From Podarcis tiliguerta (taxonomy: Eukaryota): a stretch of DNA of 64,000 nt. Of the stretch, positions 52,045 to 63,800 are shown one piece after another. The DNA lies in NCBI GenBank assembly GCA_965153285.1, contig OZ229112.1; one strand, given 5' to 3'. A program made the translations under genes and the position numbers. The notes below the pieces were generated by a model. It was not told where the DNA came from and did not search any database. It saw only the letters and a program-made list of their open reading frames with translations. Every line of letters starts with the position of its first letter. Within the stretch, counting starts at the first letter, position 1.

Positions 52045-55000
52045 TTATTTGTAAGAAAAAAAGATTACAGCGTGTGTGCCTGTTCAGGCAGCAGTGTGTA
52101 TAAGAAAGGTTGTGATCAAATCCATGTGCAATTCTTTTTGGTCTTCCGTGACAAAAATAAATAATATATATAGAGGAAGGGAGGGAGGAGAGAAAGGGTA
52201 TTGAAAAACTGAACAAATAGAGGTTGGGCCACTACTTGGTCTAGGGCCAGCCCTAGGTAACTTTGAGATTTCCGTTACCGCTGAGTAATCACATCCCACC
52301 TGTTTACATCTGGAACTAGGAAGCAAATTTTCAAATTCAGAAAAGCATAGCTTTGGGGAAAGGCTTAAACTCTGAAAACTTAACTTAAACTATAATACAA
52401 AATTATCTGTGAATAATGCCCATCTCGTTTCAGTTTACAACCTTAAAGCCTAATGTTGTTCATCAGGATTATGTTGATACTGTGTGTAAGACACATAATT
52501 TTAACTTCGTTTTGTTTTATTATCTCTTGCAACAGAATAGGTTGTGCACTTATTAAGCAGAATAATAAGCAAACTACCAACAGTAAAACTACTGGCTTAA
52601 ACTGAACTTCACAATCATATATATCTAAACCCAAATTTAGTTTATTATAGAGACAGAATCAACCCTGTGGTGTATATCTGCTTATTGATGTGAGCTCCCC
52701 CCCCCCAACACATCCTCTTAGTACCTGAGGTTTCATTTGGCCCTCTTAATATCACAAAGAAAAATATTAATATTGAAGAAAATGTGCCTGAAAATTATTC
52801 AATCTAAAACATTTCTTGCTTTCGCCTCTTCCTTCTGCCACCTTGCATAATATTATCTGGATTACGAGATGCAGCAAGTGTTTAAATATCATAAAGATTG
52901 GCACCAATTAATTTGATTTCTAAAATCAGCAATGGAAAAGGATATGGTGATGCACCACAGGAAATACATAAGTCCGTATTTCCTATGGAATTAGCATAAC
53001 TTGTGGGATATCTGACTTTTGAGCAATCAGAATTCAAGACTATGGCTCATCAAAATTCTCTCAAAGGCAAATGGCATTTTCTCATTTTCCAACTTTTTAC
53101 CACAGTATAGTGTGCCTATAGATAGATGGATTGATCGCTAGGGCATACGTTAAGAGACTTAACCCACTGGAAATATTCACCAGGAAGCTCTGATCATGTT
53201 TAGGCAATCCTCCAAATCGTGGTTTGCAGGTTTGGTTCTCAATTTCCATGCTTCAGGCCTGAAGAGACGAGATGGGAACTTCAGATTGTGGTTAACAACA
53301 AACCACAGTTTTCTGAATATGGAAACCTGTGGTTTGTGCAATGGAGCTTGGAGTGGTCATCTGAACCAGGTCATTAGTGGCAGCTTAAGGCTTCCAGTCT
53401 TGAAGCATCACAGAGCAGATACACGATGTTTTTCTTCTTCTCAACTAGTGGGGATGGGGGGAGAGCAAAATATATAAAACAAAGCTTGCAGCTTTGATAG
53501 GCTTATAAATTGAGGGTGAGGGAAGATATCAGAGAAGTGGTCCTTCTATGAATTGTAGAGTTGGAGGGGACTTTGACAGGAGTTCACACTCTGTGCCCCT
53601 GATACCTGCCTTATGCCGTGTCTGGCCCACCCAATATTGAGTGACAGCAGCCCATCAGGGTTGCAGGCATAGATGTTCCCCAGCTGTGCCGAGAAATGCC
53701 AGGGGATGAATCAGAGACATTTTTTTTTTTTGCATGCAAAGTGTTAGCTCCTCTATTGCTGAGCTAGAGCCCTTCTCACTGGGGAGCAAGCCCCATTCAC
53801 TAGAATACATACCGGTAATCCATGGGATTTACTTCTGAGTAAGCTTGCATAGAATTGGACTGCACAGTTCGGCAGATGGCAAAGGTAACAAGGGAAGGAT
53901 AGGCACGAATGTAGCTGTGCCTCTTCTCAAGCTCACAGCAGATTCAGACGGCCCATTCATGCTCTGTTACCCACACCACTGCAGATCTTCCTCCTGTTGA
54001 CACCTGAATCTGATGAAAAAGCATTCCAGAAAGAGGAGGGCTTTGGATAACCAAGTTAGCATGGTTTGAAAGCCCACATAAGATGGAAAATTTGAATGAC
54101 CAGGAGGGCACTGCTTGATAACCGCAACTGCCGCTTGGAAAATATTGCTACTCTCTTTAGAAGGAGGGGAAATACATTTTTCACAATGGTTGTTTTGTGC
54201 TTCTCCCTCTCCTCTTCTAGCCAGGTGTCCTGGGATATGATCATACAAGTGTCTGTACTTAGGCTTCTCCGGTGTTTTTCAGGAAGAGTGTTTTGCTTTT
54301 GCTTAATAGAACCACATTGGCAAAAGCAAGTACTGAGAAAGGGCCCCTATCCTGCCTCTTTCCCACCTTCCCACTGTGCCGTTGAGACCAAGTATCAGAA
54401 GGCCAGGCAAAGTCTATTAGACAGCGACTCCTCCAAGCAGAGTCATAGGATTCCATGTTATTTGCTGTACTTGCCAGCGACTGTCAAGCGGAAAAGAGCA
54501 AGATGAGTTCTTCTTGCAGCGTTACGTGTTCAGAATGGATGATCCTGAACAGAAATATCTCAGCTTACACTCGGCAACAAGCTAGATATCATATTCTGAC
54601 AACTGAACAGCATTCGCAGATGACTAAATGAAGGCTTAGTGGCAAGGATGTGACGTAGAGTTTTAAATTTGCCACGGCTCATCTGCTATGTGAGTGTTCT
54701 CTTGAACGGAGTCCAGGAACTCTGCCGTCAGCTGCATCCATATGCTAGGCATGTGTTCATCACTGCCAAGCACATCTTTTAAATTTAGTCCTGGTGGGAG
54801 CATGTTCTACACCTTCCTGGCGCTTGAGGATGAGTGTGTGGTGGTGTGTTTTTTTTTCCTTTTCCTTTTCTTTTTGGTCTGTGTTTGAAAAATGAAGGCA
54901 CATATTCATTTCAGAATACTGTCCTGCTCAGTGCCTGAAAGTTATCTGATTTTAAGCAACAGTCCTTGACAGGTTATGCTACCACTTTAATTTTGAGAGG

Positions 55001-55640
55001 AATGTGATGGGCCAAGTAGGCTCTTCTTTAGTTTTAAGAACTTTAATATGTGGTTTAATAATGTGTCCTTTTAAAACAATTGAGTCCTGTCATTGGTTTC
55101 TTTGATTTTGACACAATATGCTCAGCCATAGGACGCTTCCCATCCAACACTAGGTTTATGGTCCTACGTCACCCAAAGTTCAAGCTAATTTACCATCATG
55201 CTATAGGAGGGCTGGCTAACCTATGGGGCTTCAAATATTTGATTCCAACTCCCATCAGCATGACCAATAATCAGGGAAGTTGGGAGCTGATAGTCCAACA
55301 ATATGTAGAGAGCCAAATGCCATCCCTGTGCATCTGCAGCCCTGGCACAACTAAGCCTTTTCTACAGCAGCATAATTTTGTGAGTGCTCCCTTATCTCTG
55401 TATCTTTCAAGTAACACCCATTACTTCTAAATATTACTTGCAGGTTAGTATGGGTTCAGCCAGGATTTACTTGCGGGGGGCAGACCTTATGTTGGTCAGC
55501 TAGTTAAGTATTTTTATTTATTTACTTGATTTGGGGGGGCAGCTGCCTCCCTGCCCCCCCAGCTATGCCCAGGGTTAGACTGCAGCACACACATACCAGA
55601 TAAGTCACTTCCGATATAAGATGCATGTAAATAGCAGTTG

Positions 55641-55882
55641 CAGTGGTACCTTGGGTTAAGAACTGAATTCGTTCTGGAGGTCCATTCTTAACCTGAAATT
55701 GTTCTTAACCTGAGGTACCACTTTAGCTAATGGGGTCTCCCGCTGCCACCACGCTGCTGGAGCACGATTTCTGTTCTCATCCTGAAGCAAAGTCCTTAAC
55801 CCGAGGTACTATTTCTGGGTTAGCGGAGTCTGTAACCTGAAGCGTCTGTAACCTGAAGCGTCTGCAACCTGAGGTACCACTG
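55641..55882 (+). mobile_element. Tigger/pogo-like MITE
   Basis: TIRs CAGTGGTACCT; TGTAACCTGAAGCGTC subrepeat expanded. Confidence 0.9.
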
Positions 55883-56319
55883 TATATTATTATAATGTGC
55901 TCACTGAGGGAGAAAGCAGCATCTTTTGCTGTAGAGTTTAAGAGATAACTGTTCTAAAAGGCTCAGTGGGGCCTCATAAGTGAAAGCTATTTCCCCAAGG
56001 TAATGATGGATCCGACAGAAAAATAAGGTACAGAGTTACTTAATAGCATGACAGAAAAACACCCCCCTTGACTTATCATAAAACCTTCATTTCTGGCAGC
56101 CATTACTACCTCTACCTGCATCCCTGAAGCCTTTTCACTAGAACAGAACGTGCTGCCCTAGACCAGAGAAAGTACTTCAGAGTCAGTGTAACTGTGAAAA
56201 TTAAATTGAAGAAAATGAGTGGTTTCTTCCCCCCGCCCCCCACCAGCAGATACTGAAGAGCACTAACTTTTAAAATCTAACACACATTTGAAGATTATTC
56301 ACATAAAAAGAATCATCAT

Positions 56320-56456
56320 CATTTGGTAAAGCATAAGACTCTTAATCTCAGGGCTGTTGGTTTGAGTTCTACGTTGGGCAAAAGATTCAGGCATTGCAGG
56401 GGGTGGGACCACATGACCCTTGCGGTCCCTTCCAACGCTACAATTCTGTGAGTCTA
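56320..56456 (+). mobile_element. tRNA-Lys(CUU)-derived SINE with CR1-type tail
   Basis: TGGTAAAGCATAAGACTCTTAATCTCAGGG..GTTGGTTTGAG...ACGTTGGGC tRNA-Lys-like head, then GGTCCCTTCCAAC...ATTCTGTG CR1 end. Confidence 0.75.
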
Positions 56457-56582
56457 CCATCATCATTGCTAGGAGCATGGAAAAGCATTATTGATCCAGA
56501 GTTCAAGGCATCAATCCCTAAAGAGACCTCTGCTTGGGCAAAGTACTATCAATTCAAAATAAACATCTATCTGTTACATACT

Positions 56583-56641
56583 CTCGTAGAACCATAGAGT
56601 TGGAAGGGACCCCAGTCCAACCCTGCTGCAATGCAGGAATC
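56583..56641 (-). mobile_element. 3' fragment of the same tRNA-Lys/CR1-tail SINE family
   Basis: CATAGAGTTGGAAGGGACCCCAGTCCAACCC...GCAATGCAGGAAT. Confidence 0.55.
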
Positions 56642-56867
56642 ACAGCTAAAATGCCTCTAAAAAGGCCATGTCTTTTCATTTTAAAGACATGACCATCTGG
56701 AAAAATGAAGATTTAACAATTAAGGTAATGCTGAAGAACAAAGCCTTTTTTCCCTAGAAAACTAGGTTTTGTGACTGCATGAAGAGAATACTTTCAGAGT
56801 TCCATGCAACGGATGGAGTAAATAATTGAGGTAAATAACAGTGTTTATTTTTAATTGACTTGGGGAT

Positions 56868-57330
56868 GTGTGTGTGTTGTTGGCATCCCTTTGTCTTGAG
56901 AAACAGTGGAGTATGCCACTGGGGGTGAATTCAAACCACTGCATTAGCAGCACGAAATTGATCTCCTGGGGCACAAGCCTGGGCAGCATATATGGAGGTC
57001 CTGGGCTACCCAGATGAGAAGACTCACTCTTGGTCTCGCTGATGTGGTCCAAAAGAAAGCAGAGCAATACGTTTGGCATCAGCTTGGTGCCTGGAAGGAG
57101 GCGTACAAGGCACCAATCAACCGACGCCCCTCCTGATTTGTGTAGAGTTTACTCTGAAGATGTCCCACAAGGCAGCAGAGGTTTAGGGTCAGAGTTTTCC
57201 TTCTCCTTGATGGGCTACCTGCCTATGTTGATGAGCCCCATCTGCCCTTCACTTCCCTCTACAGCACATGCAGAAACGTCCTTCTTGACCATTGGATCCA
57301 CTATTAGTCTTGTCTGCTCAATCTGCCAGA
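56868..57330 (-). mobile_element. Non-autonomous RTE-like retroposon (second copy)
   Basis: Colinear reverse-complement homology to 4295-4712 (AGCCCATC.AGGAGAAG.AA.ACTCTGA.CCTAAACCTC ... GGATGCCAACAACAC). Confidence 0.65.
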
Positions 57331-57388
57331 GCCAGTCAAGTCAGTCATTCATATTCATATGAATGTTATATCTATAGCTATATCTATA

Positions 57389-57543
57389 CAGTGGAACCTC
57401 AGGCTGCGAACGTGATCCGTGTGGGAGGCACGTTCGCAACCTGCAGCACCGCATCTGCACATGCGCGGGTCACAATTCGGTACTTCCGGGTTCAGTGTGG
57501 TGCGCAACTCGAAATTGCATAACCTGAAGCATCTGTAACCTGA
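57389..57543 (+). mobile_element. Tigger/pogo-like MITE, third subfamily, cut by the assembly gap
   Basis: TA|CAGTGGAACCTCAGG start; AACCTGAAGC.TCTGTAACCTGA just before the Ns. Confidence 0.75.
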
Positions 57544-57691
57544 NNNNNNNNNNNNNNNNNNNNNNNNNNNNNNNNNNNNNNNNNNNNNNNNNNNNNNNNN
57601 NNNNNNNNNNNNNNNNNNNNNNNNNNNNNNNNNNNNNNNNNNNNNNNNNNNNNNNNNNNNNNNNNNNNNNNNNNNNNNNNNNNNNNNNNNN
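57544..57691. other. Assembly gap (148 N)
   Basis: Run of N. Confidence 1.
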
Positions 57692-58626
57692 ACTATGATG
57701 GAAAGTCAGGGTATTCCTTTTAATGTATGGATAGTATAGTCCACAGGGATAAAGTGGATTTTCTGGCTGTGTTCAGACATGTGGGGAAATTTTGATATAA
57801 AAACTCCATAGAGTAAGAGTACACGGAGCTCTTTTCTGTGATTAGATGTTATCCTAGCAAGCCACACACAGATCACTCATGCTCAGAGCCTGCTGATGCT
57901 CTGCTTATCTCCCTGCAAGATTCATGATGGGTGAGGAATCACAAACTCAGCATAGTGCAGTCCACACACACAAAGGGAGGGGGGAGAGAGGGAGGGAGGG
58001 AGAGAACAGCATTGATGCAATAGATTCCATTCCAAATGCAGTCTTTCTTTCCCAAGTTGTTCCACTGGCAATTATAGTTTAAACAGTGAAACTCTAAAGC
58101 CAGGAACATGGAGAGATCCCAAGCAACTGTGCCTTTATTTGCTAACTTCCAAATTAAAGAGAACAGTTCCCAGCATCTTATACTAGTCTGACATCTTTCC
58201 TAAGCAGCCATTTCTTAATTATCTGGTGTTAGCTAAATTGATTCTAATTAAACAGAAGACTGTCCTGATTAAAGAGCAGTAATTATCTCTCTGTGTCATT
58301 AGGCAAAATCAGTTTTACAAATGTTTGTAGCTCTTTAAAAAAAAAAAAACTTTATCCCTTGGAGATCACCCAATAAGATCAGATGGATGTCCCAAGTCAA
58401 GTCTGTTCGGTGTGACTCACTGTAAGAATGCTGTTAAGCTTCCTTCACTTTCCTGAGTAGCAAGAAGCGCAAGGACAATGCTGAAGCGTGTACCTTAGTT
58501 CCCTTTGGAGGGGGAAGGGAGTAGTAGAGACCTATGAGATCTTTGTAATAACTGTGTTTCTTTTACAAATAAGTGTAGTGCATAGTGGAAGCAAACAAAC
58601 ACAATGCAGAACCACTTGCGCTACAT

Positions 58627-58757
58627 CAGGCATAGGCCAACTCGGCCCTCCAGATGTTTTGGGACTACAACTCCCATGATCCCTAGCTAACAGGACCAGT
58701 GGTCAGGGATGATGGGAATTGTAGTCCCAAAACATCTGGAGGGTTTGCCTATGCCTG
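58627..58757. mobile_element. Palindromic hAT-type MITE (older relatives at 3574-3704 and about 55205-55330)
   Basis: TIRs CAGGCATAGGC / GCCTATGCCTG; long internal inverted repeat; 8-bp TSD CGCTACAT/CACTACAT. Confidence 0.85.
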
Positions 58758-60353
58758 CACTACATCATACCCCCCAAAACAACAAGGAGCCTGGCAGAGA
58801 TAAAGCGAGCTTTTAAAACAGAATTTGACTTGCACCACCTGTTTTGCCAGTGTAACTTACAGGTTACTAGGTTAGGCAGTTTGGAATTGGGTTCAACCTC
58901 CCCTTGCCCTGTCCCACCCCCACCACAACCCTAAAATACCCCCTTTTAAAGACTTATCACAGCCTTGGCTCAGCCAACTGAGCCCTGTCTGAGCCAGGAT
59001 GGAGGACTAACACGATCTCTGACTGAGCCACAATGAAGGACTTCAGCCAGTATAGCCTTGGCTGAGGCAGGCTCAGTCAGAGATTGACCTCTTCCAAACC
59101 CCTTTCATCACAGCAGATCTTGGAGTCCATTTATTTCTATTTTATGTCTTCGTCAGATACAGCCTTATAAGTCTGTGCATTAATTCACTGATTCATCTCC
59201 AAAACCTGTTTCCCCTTCTCTTGTAGTAGCCTCTCCCTCCCTTGGCCACTGTTATTTCAGATTCATTTTCACTCATAAGACTGCTTAGGCTTCTTTTTGA
59301 AATTAGTATAGGAACCCCACCCCCAAACCAGTCCAGTTCTGGTCTTTCAAGAATATTCTCATGCTGTGTGTGTGTGTGTGTGTGTGTGTTCATTTTAAAA
59401 AGAGGCACACTGCTCCATATACCATTCCTGAGAGGAAGACGAGTCCTGTCACTACCATGTGGGAATACTGAGGAGAAATATTTTCCACTGACATAGCATC
59501 TTACAGCAGGCAGTGCCGGTCTGCTTTATAGACACCGGCAAATTTATCCTCACTGAAGCAGGCGAGCATTTCTCATCTGGGTCTCACAGCTTGTCAAGTC
59601 TGGAGTTGGCAAGTTTTGCTTGCTGCAACTAACAGAAATGTTGCCTCATGGACCAATCATTCTCATTCAGGAACTTCTGAGTAATGCAATATTAGGGGTA
59701 GAAGGAACTTGAAGATAATCTAGTCTATGATATGTAGATAGATAGGTAGACAGATAGATAAATAAATAAATATAGGTGGGTGGCATAAGACCTTGTCCAT
59801 GGAAGCCCCATGGAAATCGATGACAGGTTATCTTCTGTAATCAGCAGAGGAGACGCTGATCTGCGTCCGCCATTTTACAAATGGATCCAGCTGGGGGTTC
59901 TGTTTTCTCCTTTGTAATCCAACAGAAGGCAAAAATAAAACTCCAAAATAAAGGAATCCATCTTTTCACCTCCATATATTAGATCTGGAGGAGGGTTGAG
60001 GAGCCTGGTGAGCTTTTGCCAGATGTTGTTGGGCCCCATTCCTGCCACTCACCACCTGGCCAGGGCGGGGCCTGACAGGCCTCATAAGGATGGTTGCTGC
60101 TGCTGCTACCCAGGAGAACTCAAAACAGCACACAGTTCTTTTTAAAACGTTTTTCTTTTTTACCTTTGATACGGAAGGGGGGGGGGCATGTCTTCTTCAC
60201 CTCCTTCTTCGCTACAACATATCCATTTATTTCCAACTGTCAATGACAGAAGGGACTAAAATCTATAAATGATAGAAAATCAACTGCCAATTTGCTCAAT
60301 TTCTCTAGAACTCCATGACACCTTCCCTGTCCTCCATAATCCCTCAAGCAAGG

Positions 60354-60839
60354 TGTTAAGACCCTAATCCTGTCAAATCACTCTGCCAAGCCTTGCCTCT
60401 GGGCAGTGCCAGGTGGCAGACTATGCATACATGGACCATTGTCTTCTCATCACCTGGACTCAGGATGTGCTTATCTCTGCATATCTCCAGCTCTGCATAT
60501 TCCCCCCTCCCTCCTCCATATGTTAATCCTGTGTAACCCAACCTCTTCTTAATATATTCATGATGTAATCTGTGTAACCCAACCTCTTCTTAATGTATTC
60601 ATGATGTAACTGGGATGTATTTTGCACTGTATTCTGGGACATGGAGGGAAGTTTCAAAAGTTCATGTCACCCATTTCTCGCTGTTCAATCTCGCCTTGAA
60701 CCTTATTGCGCAATAAACATGGATCTTCTGCAGTTTGCTCCTGTCTCCGGCTGAACTCATTTTCCTCCGCAGGGACCCGCGGACTTAGTCCGACGAGCTG
60801 GGTGGCAGAGCAGCCTCGCACCCAGATTTTGCCATAACA
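60354..60839 (+). mobile_element. 5' LTR of an endogenous retrovirus-like element (486 bp)
   Basis: Termini TGTTA...TAACA; tandem duplication of about 42 bp in U3 (60525-60610); AATAAA at 60712-60717; CpG-rich R/U5; PBS follows after 3 nt. Confidence 0.85.
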
Positions 60840-60842
60840 GGA

Positions 60843-60860
60843 TGGCGCCCCACGTGGGGC
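60843..60860 (+). promoter_or_regulatory. Primer-binding site for tRNA-Lys(CUU)
   Basis: TGGCGCCCCACGTGGGGC matches the Lys1,2 PBS TGGCGCCCAACGTGGGGC at 17/18 positions and lies directly after the LTR. Confidence 0.88.
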
Positions 60861-63800
60861 TGGAGGTTCTCCTGTGTTGCTGACCGGGGGCCCCGAAATC
60901 TTCAGCCGGCTCCGGGCCATTTTGCCTGGGAAGATCCTTTGGACCCCCGGCCATCTTCCAGGCGGTAATCGAAAGCCCCAGGAGCTCAGCCGGGGAGCAA
61001 AGAGGGATCCAGCCGGCTTATTCATCAATCCAGGGATCATAATTGAAGACGCGTGAGTATAAGGGAAATCAAGTGCACTGGTGGGAAGGGGGTGGAAGTC
61101 TCCTGGCAACCAAATTCTCTGCCCTCCTCTCTATCGTTCTTCTCACCTTTCTCTTGGTCCGGTTAGCGAGAGAGACCGTGGACCGCTGCTCAACCCGAAA
61201 GGGGGTTCTGAGCTCTATTTCTTTTTCTTAAAACTCCAGCCAGCCGCACCAATTGGGAGCCCGAACGTAAGACGGAGAGACCCGACTTGAAAGATAGACG
61301 ACTCCCCGCAACGGGTATCCCCAGTTGAAAGCAAGGGGTTGGAGCTCTCTTTCCGATCTTCCCTAGCGTCCTAACAAGAGGCAGGAAGTGGTCTGGCTTT
61401 CTATCCCAATCCCAGCCACACTGGTCGGTGCCACGTATCATGCGTGAGCCCGCTTCCAAAAGCAAGGGGGATTTTCGGTTCGAAATTCTGTCCAGGGACC
61501 ACCCGATCTGGCACCGCACGGCGCGGGCGTCCAGTAGGGCCCCTTTTCCTGAGATTGTGACGATAGGTAGGAGGTTGCCAGGAAGGACAGCCCAGGAGGA
61601 TTGGGCGGGCAGAGTGGAAAGGAACCCCAGATTATGGAATAGTAAGTAAGGATAAGGAAAAGGAATAGAATAGTTAGAGCTCGTTAAAAAACCCCCATAG
61701 GAAGTTGCCAAGCAACAGGAGAAACCCCAAAATAAACCCCTATACAGGTTACCCCAAATCCTAATCAACCCCTCTCTCCCCTCCCTATCCCAGACACCCC
61801 CCCCCAAAAAAAGGAAAAACAACAAAAAGCAACAACAGCAATGCATGCATATATAAAAAGGGGTACCCAGACAACCACGCGTTGTGAGCCCTGCCAGTTT
61901 GATTAACTGGTGGTGTGTTTGAAGAGGCAAGGAGGCTCATAAAACCATGTGGGACCTTCCTACTAATTTTACTTAATGAAGCCAAAGGAAGCGGCCCAAC
62001 TCCTTGCAATAACCAACTAAAGGATGAGAATATATATGTTTACATGTTGTCTGTTATATGTGTTGTCTGTTAATTCATATATGAGAATATGTATGTTTAC
62101 ATGTTGTCTGTTACATGTTGTCTGTTACGTGTGTTGTCTGTTCCTTCTGTCTCTGACAGACTGCCTTTCTTAAGGCTGCATAGTTTAAACTACAAGCTTG
62201 CTCCAAAATTTAAATCTAAGAAAGCCATGTTGGGCCTTATCAATCTTAAACAAGACAAAAATGAGAATGAAGTGTGCAAATGTTTGTTATTTGAGAGAGG
62301 CTCTAAAAGAGAGTTTCCCTCCCAAGTGGTAAAATCCTGTATATGTGCTACTTGTGTTCTGAAAAGAGGATTACCCCACCTCCTTCCTAAGTGAGGAGGG
62401 TGATTTAAGTCTAATGGTAAATTATGTTTTGTTGTAACTTTTGAGTTTGTGAGTACACCTGTGTTCCAGTCTATTTTGGAATGTGAAGTTAACCTAATGT
62501 TTCTGCTGCAAAAGCCTAGTTGAGCACAATTGCTCTCTCAAGCTAAAATGCAGTGTATGTATTAGATTAAGCATATTCCTATGAAAGTATGGTGTTCCTT
62601 CTAAGAAAATATCTGAGTCCAATTTTAACTTTGATTTGGTTGGACAGAAGAGTTATTGTAAGGCTCCTGATATCAGTCTCTATAAGACTTCCTGGTCTCT
62701 TTTCTTAGAAAATGCCCCCCCCCCTTGTCTCATTCTATCTCTTTCAGGTTTTTTTTCTTCTTACTTCTGTGCCAGGTAAATTTACTCCCAAGTAAGCTTC
62801 CTTTAAAGGAAACTGCAAAGGGGGGGGGCATAGATTAGGCTTACTATTCCTCTGCAAGTTAAGAAAAATTGTTCACTTTTGTATTCCTTTTAAATCAAAT
62901 CTATGGCTGTTTTAACTATCCTCTCCCTATCTTAGGAAAAACGTTCACTTCAATCTTCACTCAAACTAGCTTCAAGATCTGCTAAAAGGGTTCTGTATAA
63001 AGTTGGGTGCTTTTATTTTCCTCTTCCTTAGTACATGATAGGAGCATGGCTTGTGGTCTCTTCAAACAGTTGTGTCTGTGTACATAAGTATGTGTGTGTC
63101 TCTTTGGTAGTACAAATCTTGCTATGAACCCTATATTTTGGAGGGTTGGACTAGATGACCCCAGGGTCCCTTTCAACTCTCCCAATTTGTGGCTGTGTGG
63201 AAGGACATGTGTCTGCAAGCATTGGAGGGTAATTCTTAAATTCTAGTGTCGTGATGGAGTTGAAATCCAGCCTAGCTTTGCTCTTTAGTTTTAAAAGGTG
63301 AGAGGTGAAAGCCGTGATGTTTTGAAGCAGAACTGGTGAGGTCAGGCATTTAAGTGATTACAGTGTTTATCATTTTGTCTATTTACAAACATCAGACTTA
63401 AAAGTCTACTCAAAGTTTAAGCACATACAAATTCATAATCAAGCAGAATCAGCCTTTACCATCCTGTAAATAAAGGGCAGGAAAATTTGTCTGCAAATGG
63501 TAATGCTGAAATGAATGAGAATATTAAGATCTTATGAATTCTGACTCTCTGGCCATTTTCCCCATATATAAGGGCGTGGCATTGTTCCGCGAATGACCAG
63601 AGGGAAATCACACAAAATGATAGCCCTTTCCTGTAAATAAAGGAAGCAATCATTTGCTTGGGCTGAAGGAAACATGATCCCTTAGAAAACTGCTAGCTTT
63701 GGTGAATACTTGCATTGCTGAGGTTTTTTTTTTTTTTCTTGTTTGTTTGTTTGTTTGTTTTAAAATCTAACCCTATTTTTTTAAATCTACTCCTTACCCT

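Noticed and set aside
56320-56382. tRNA-Lys gene
   Set aside because: Acceptor stem and T-arm are degenerate and it is fused to a CR1 tail, so it is a SINE head
61190-61930. 246-aa minus-strand ORF antisense to the ERV
   Set aside because: Low-complexity translation, non-ATG start, no homology recognised; expected in GC-rich leader sequence
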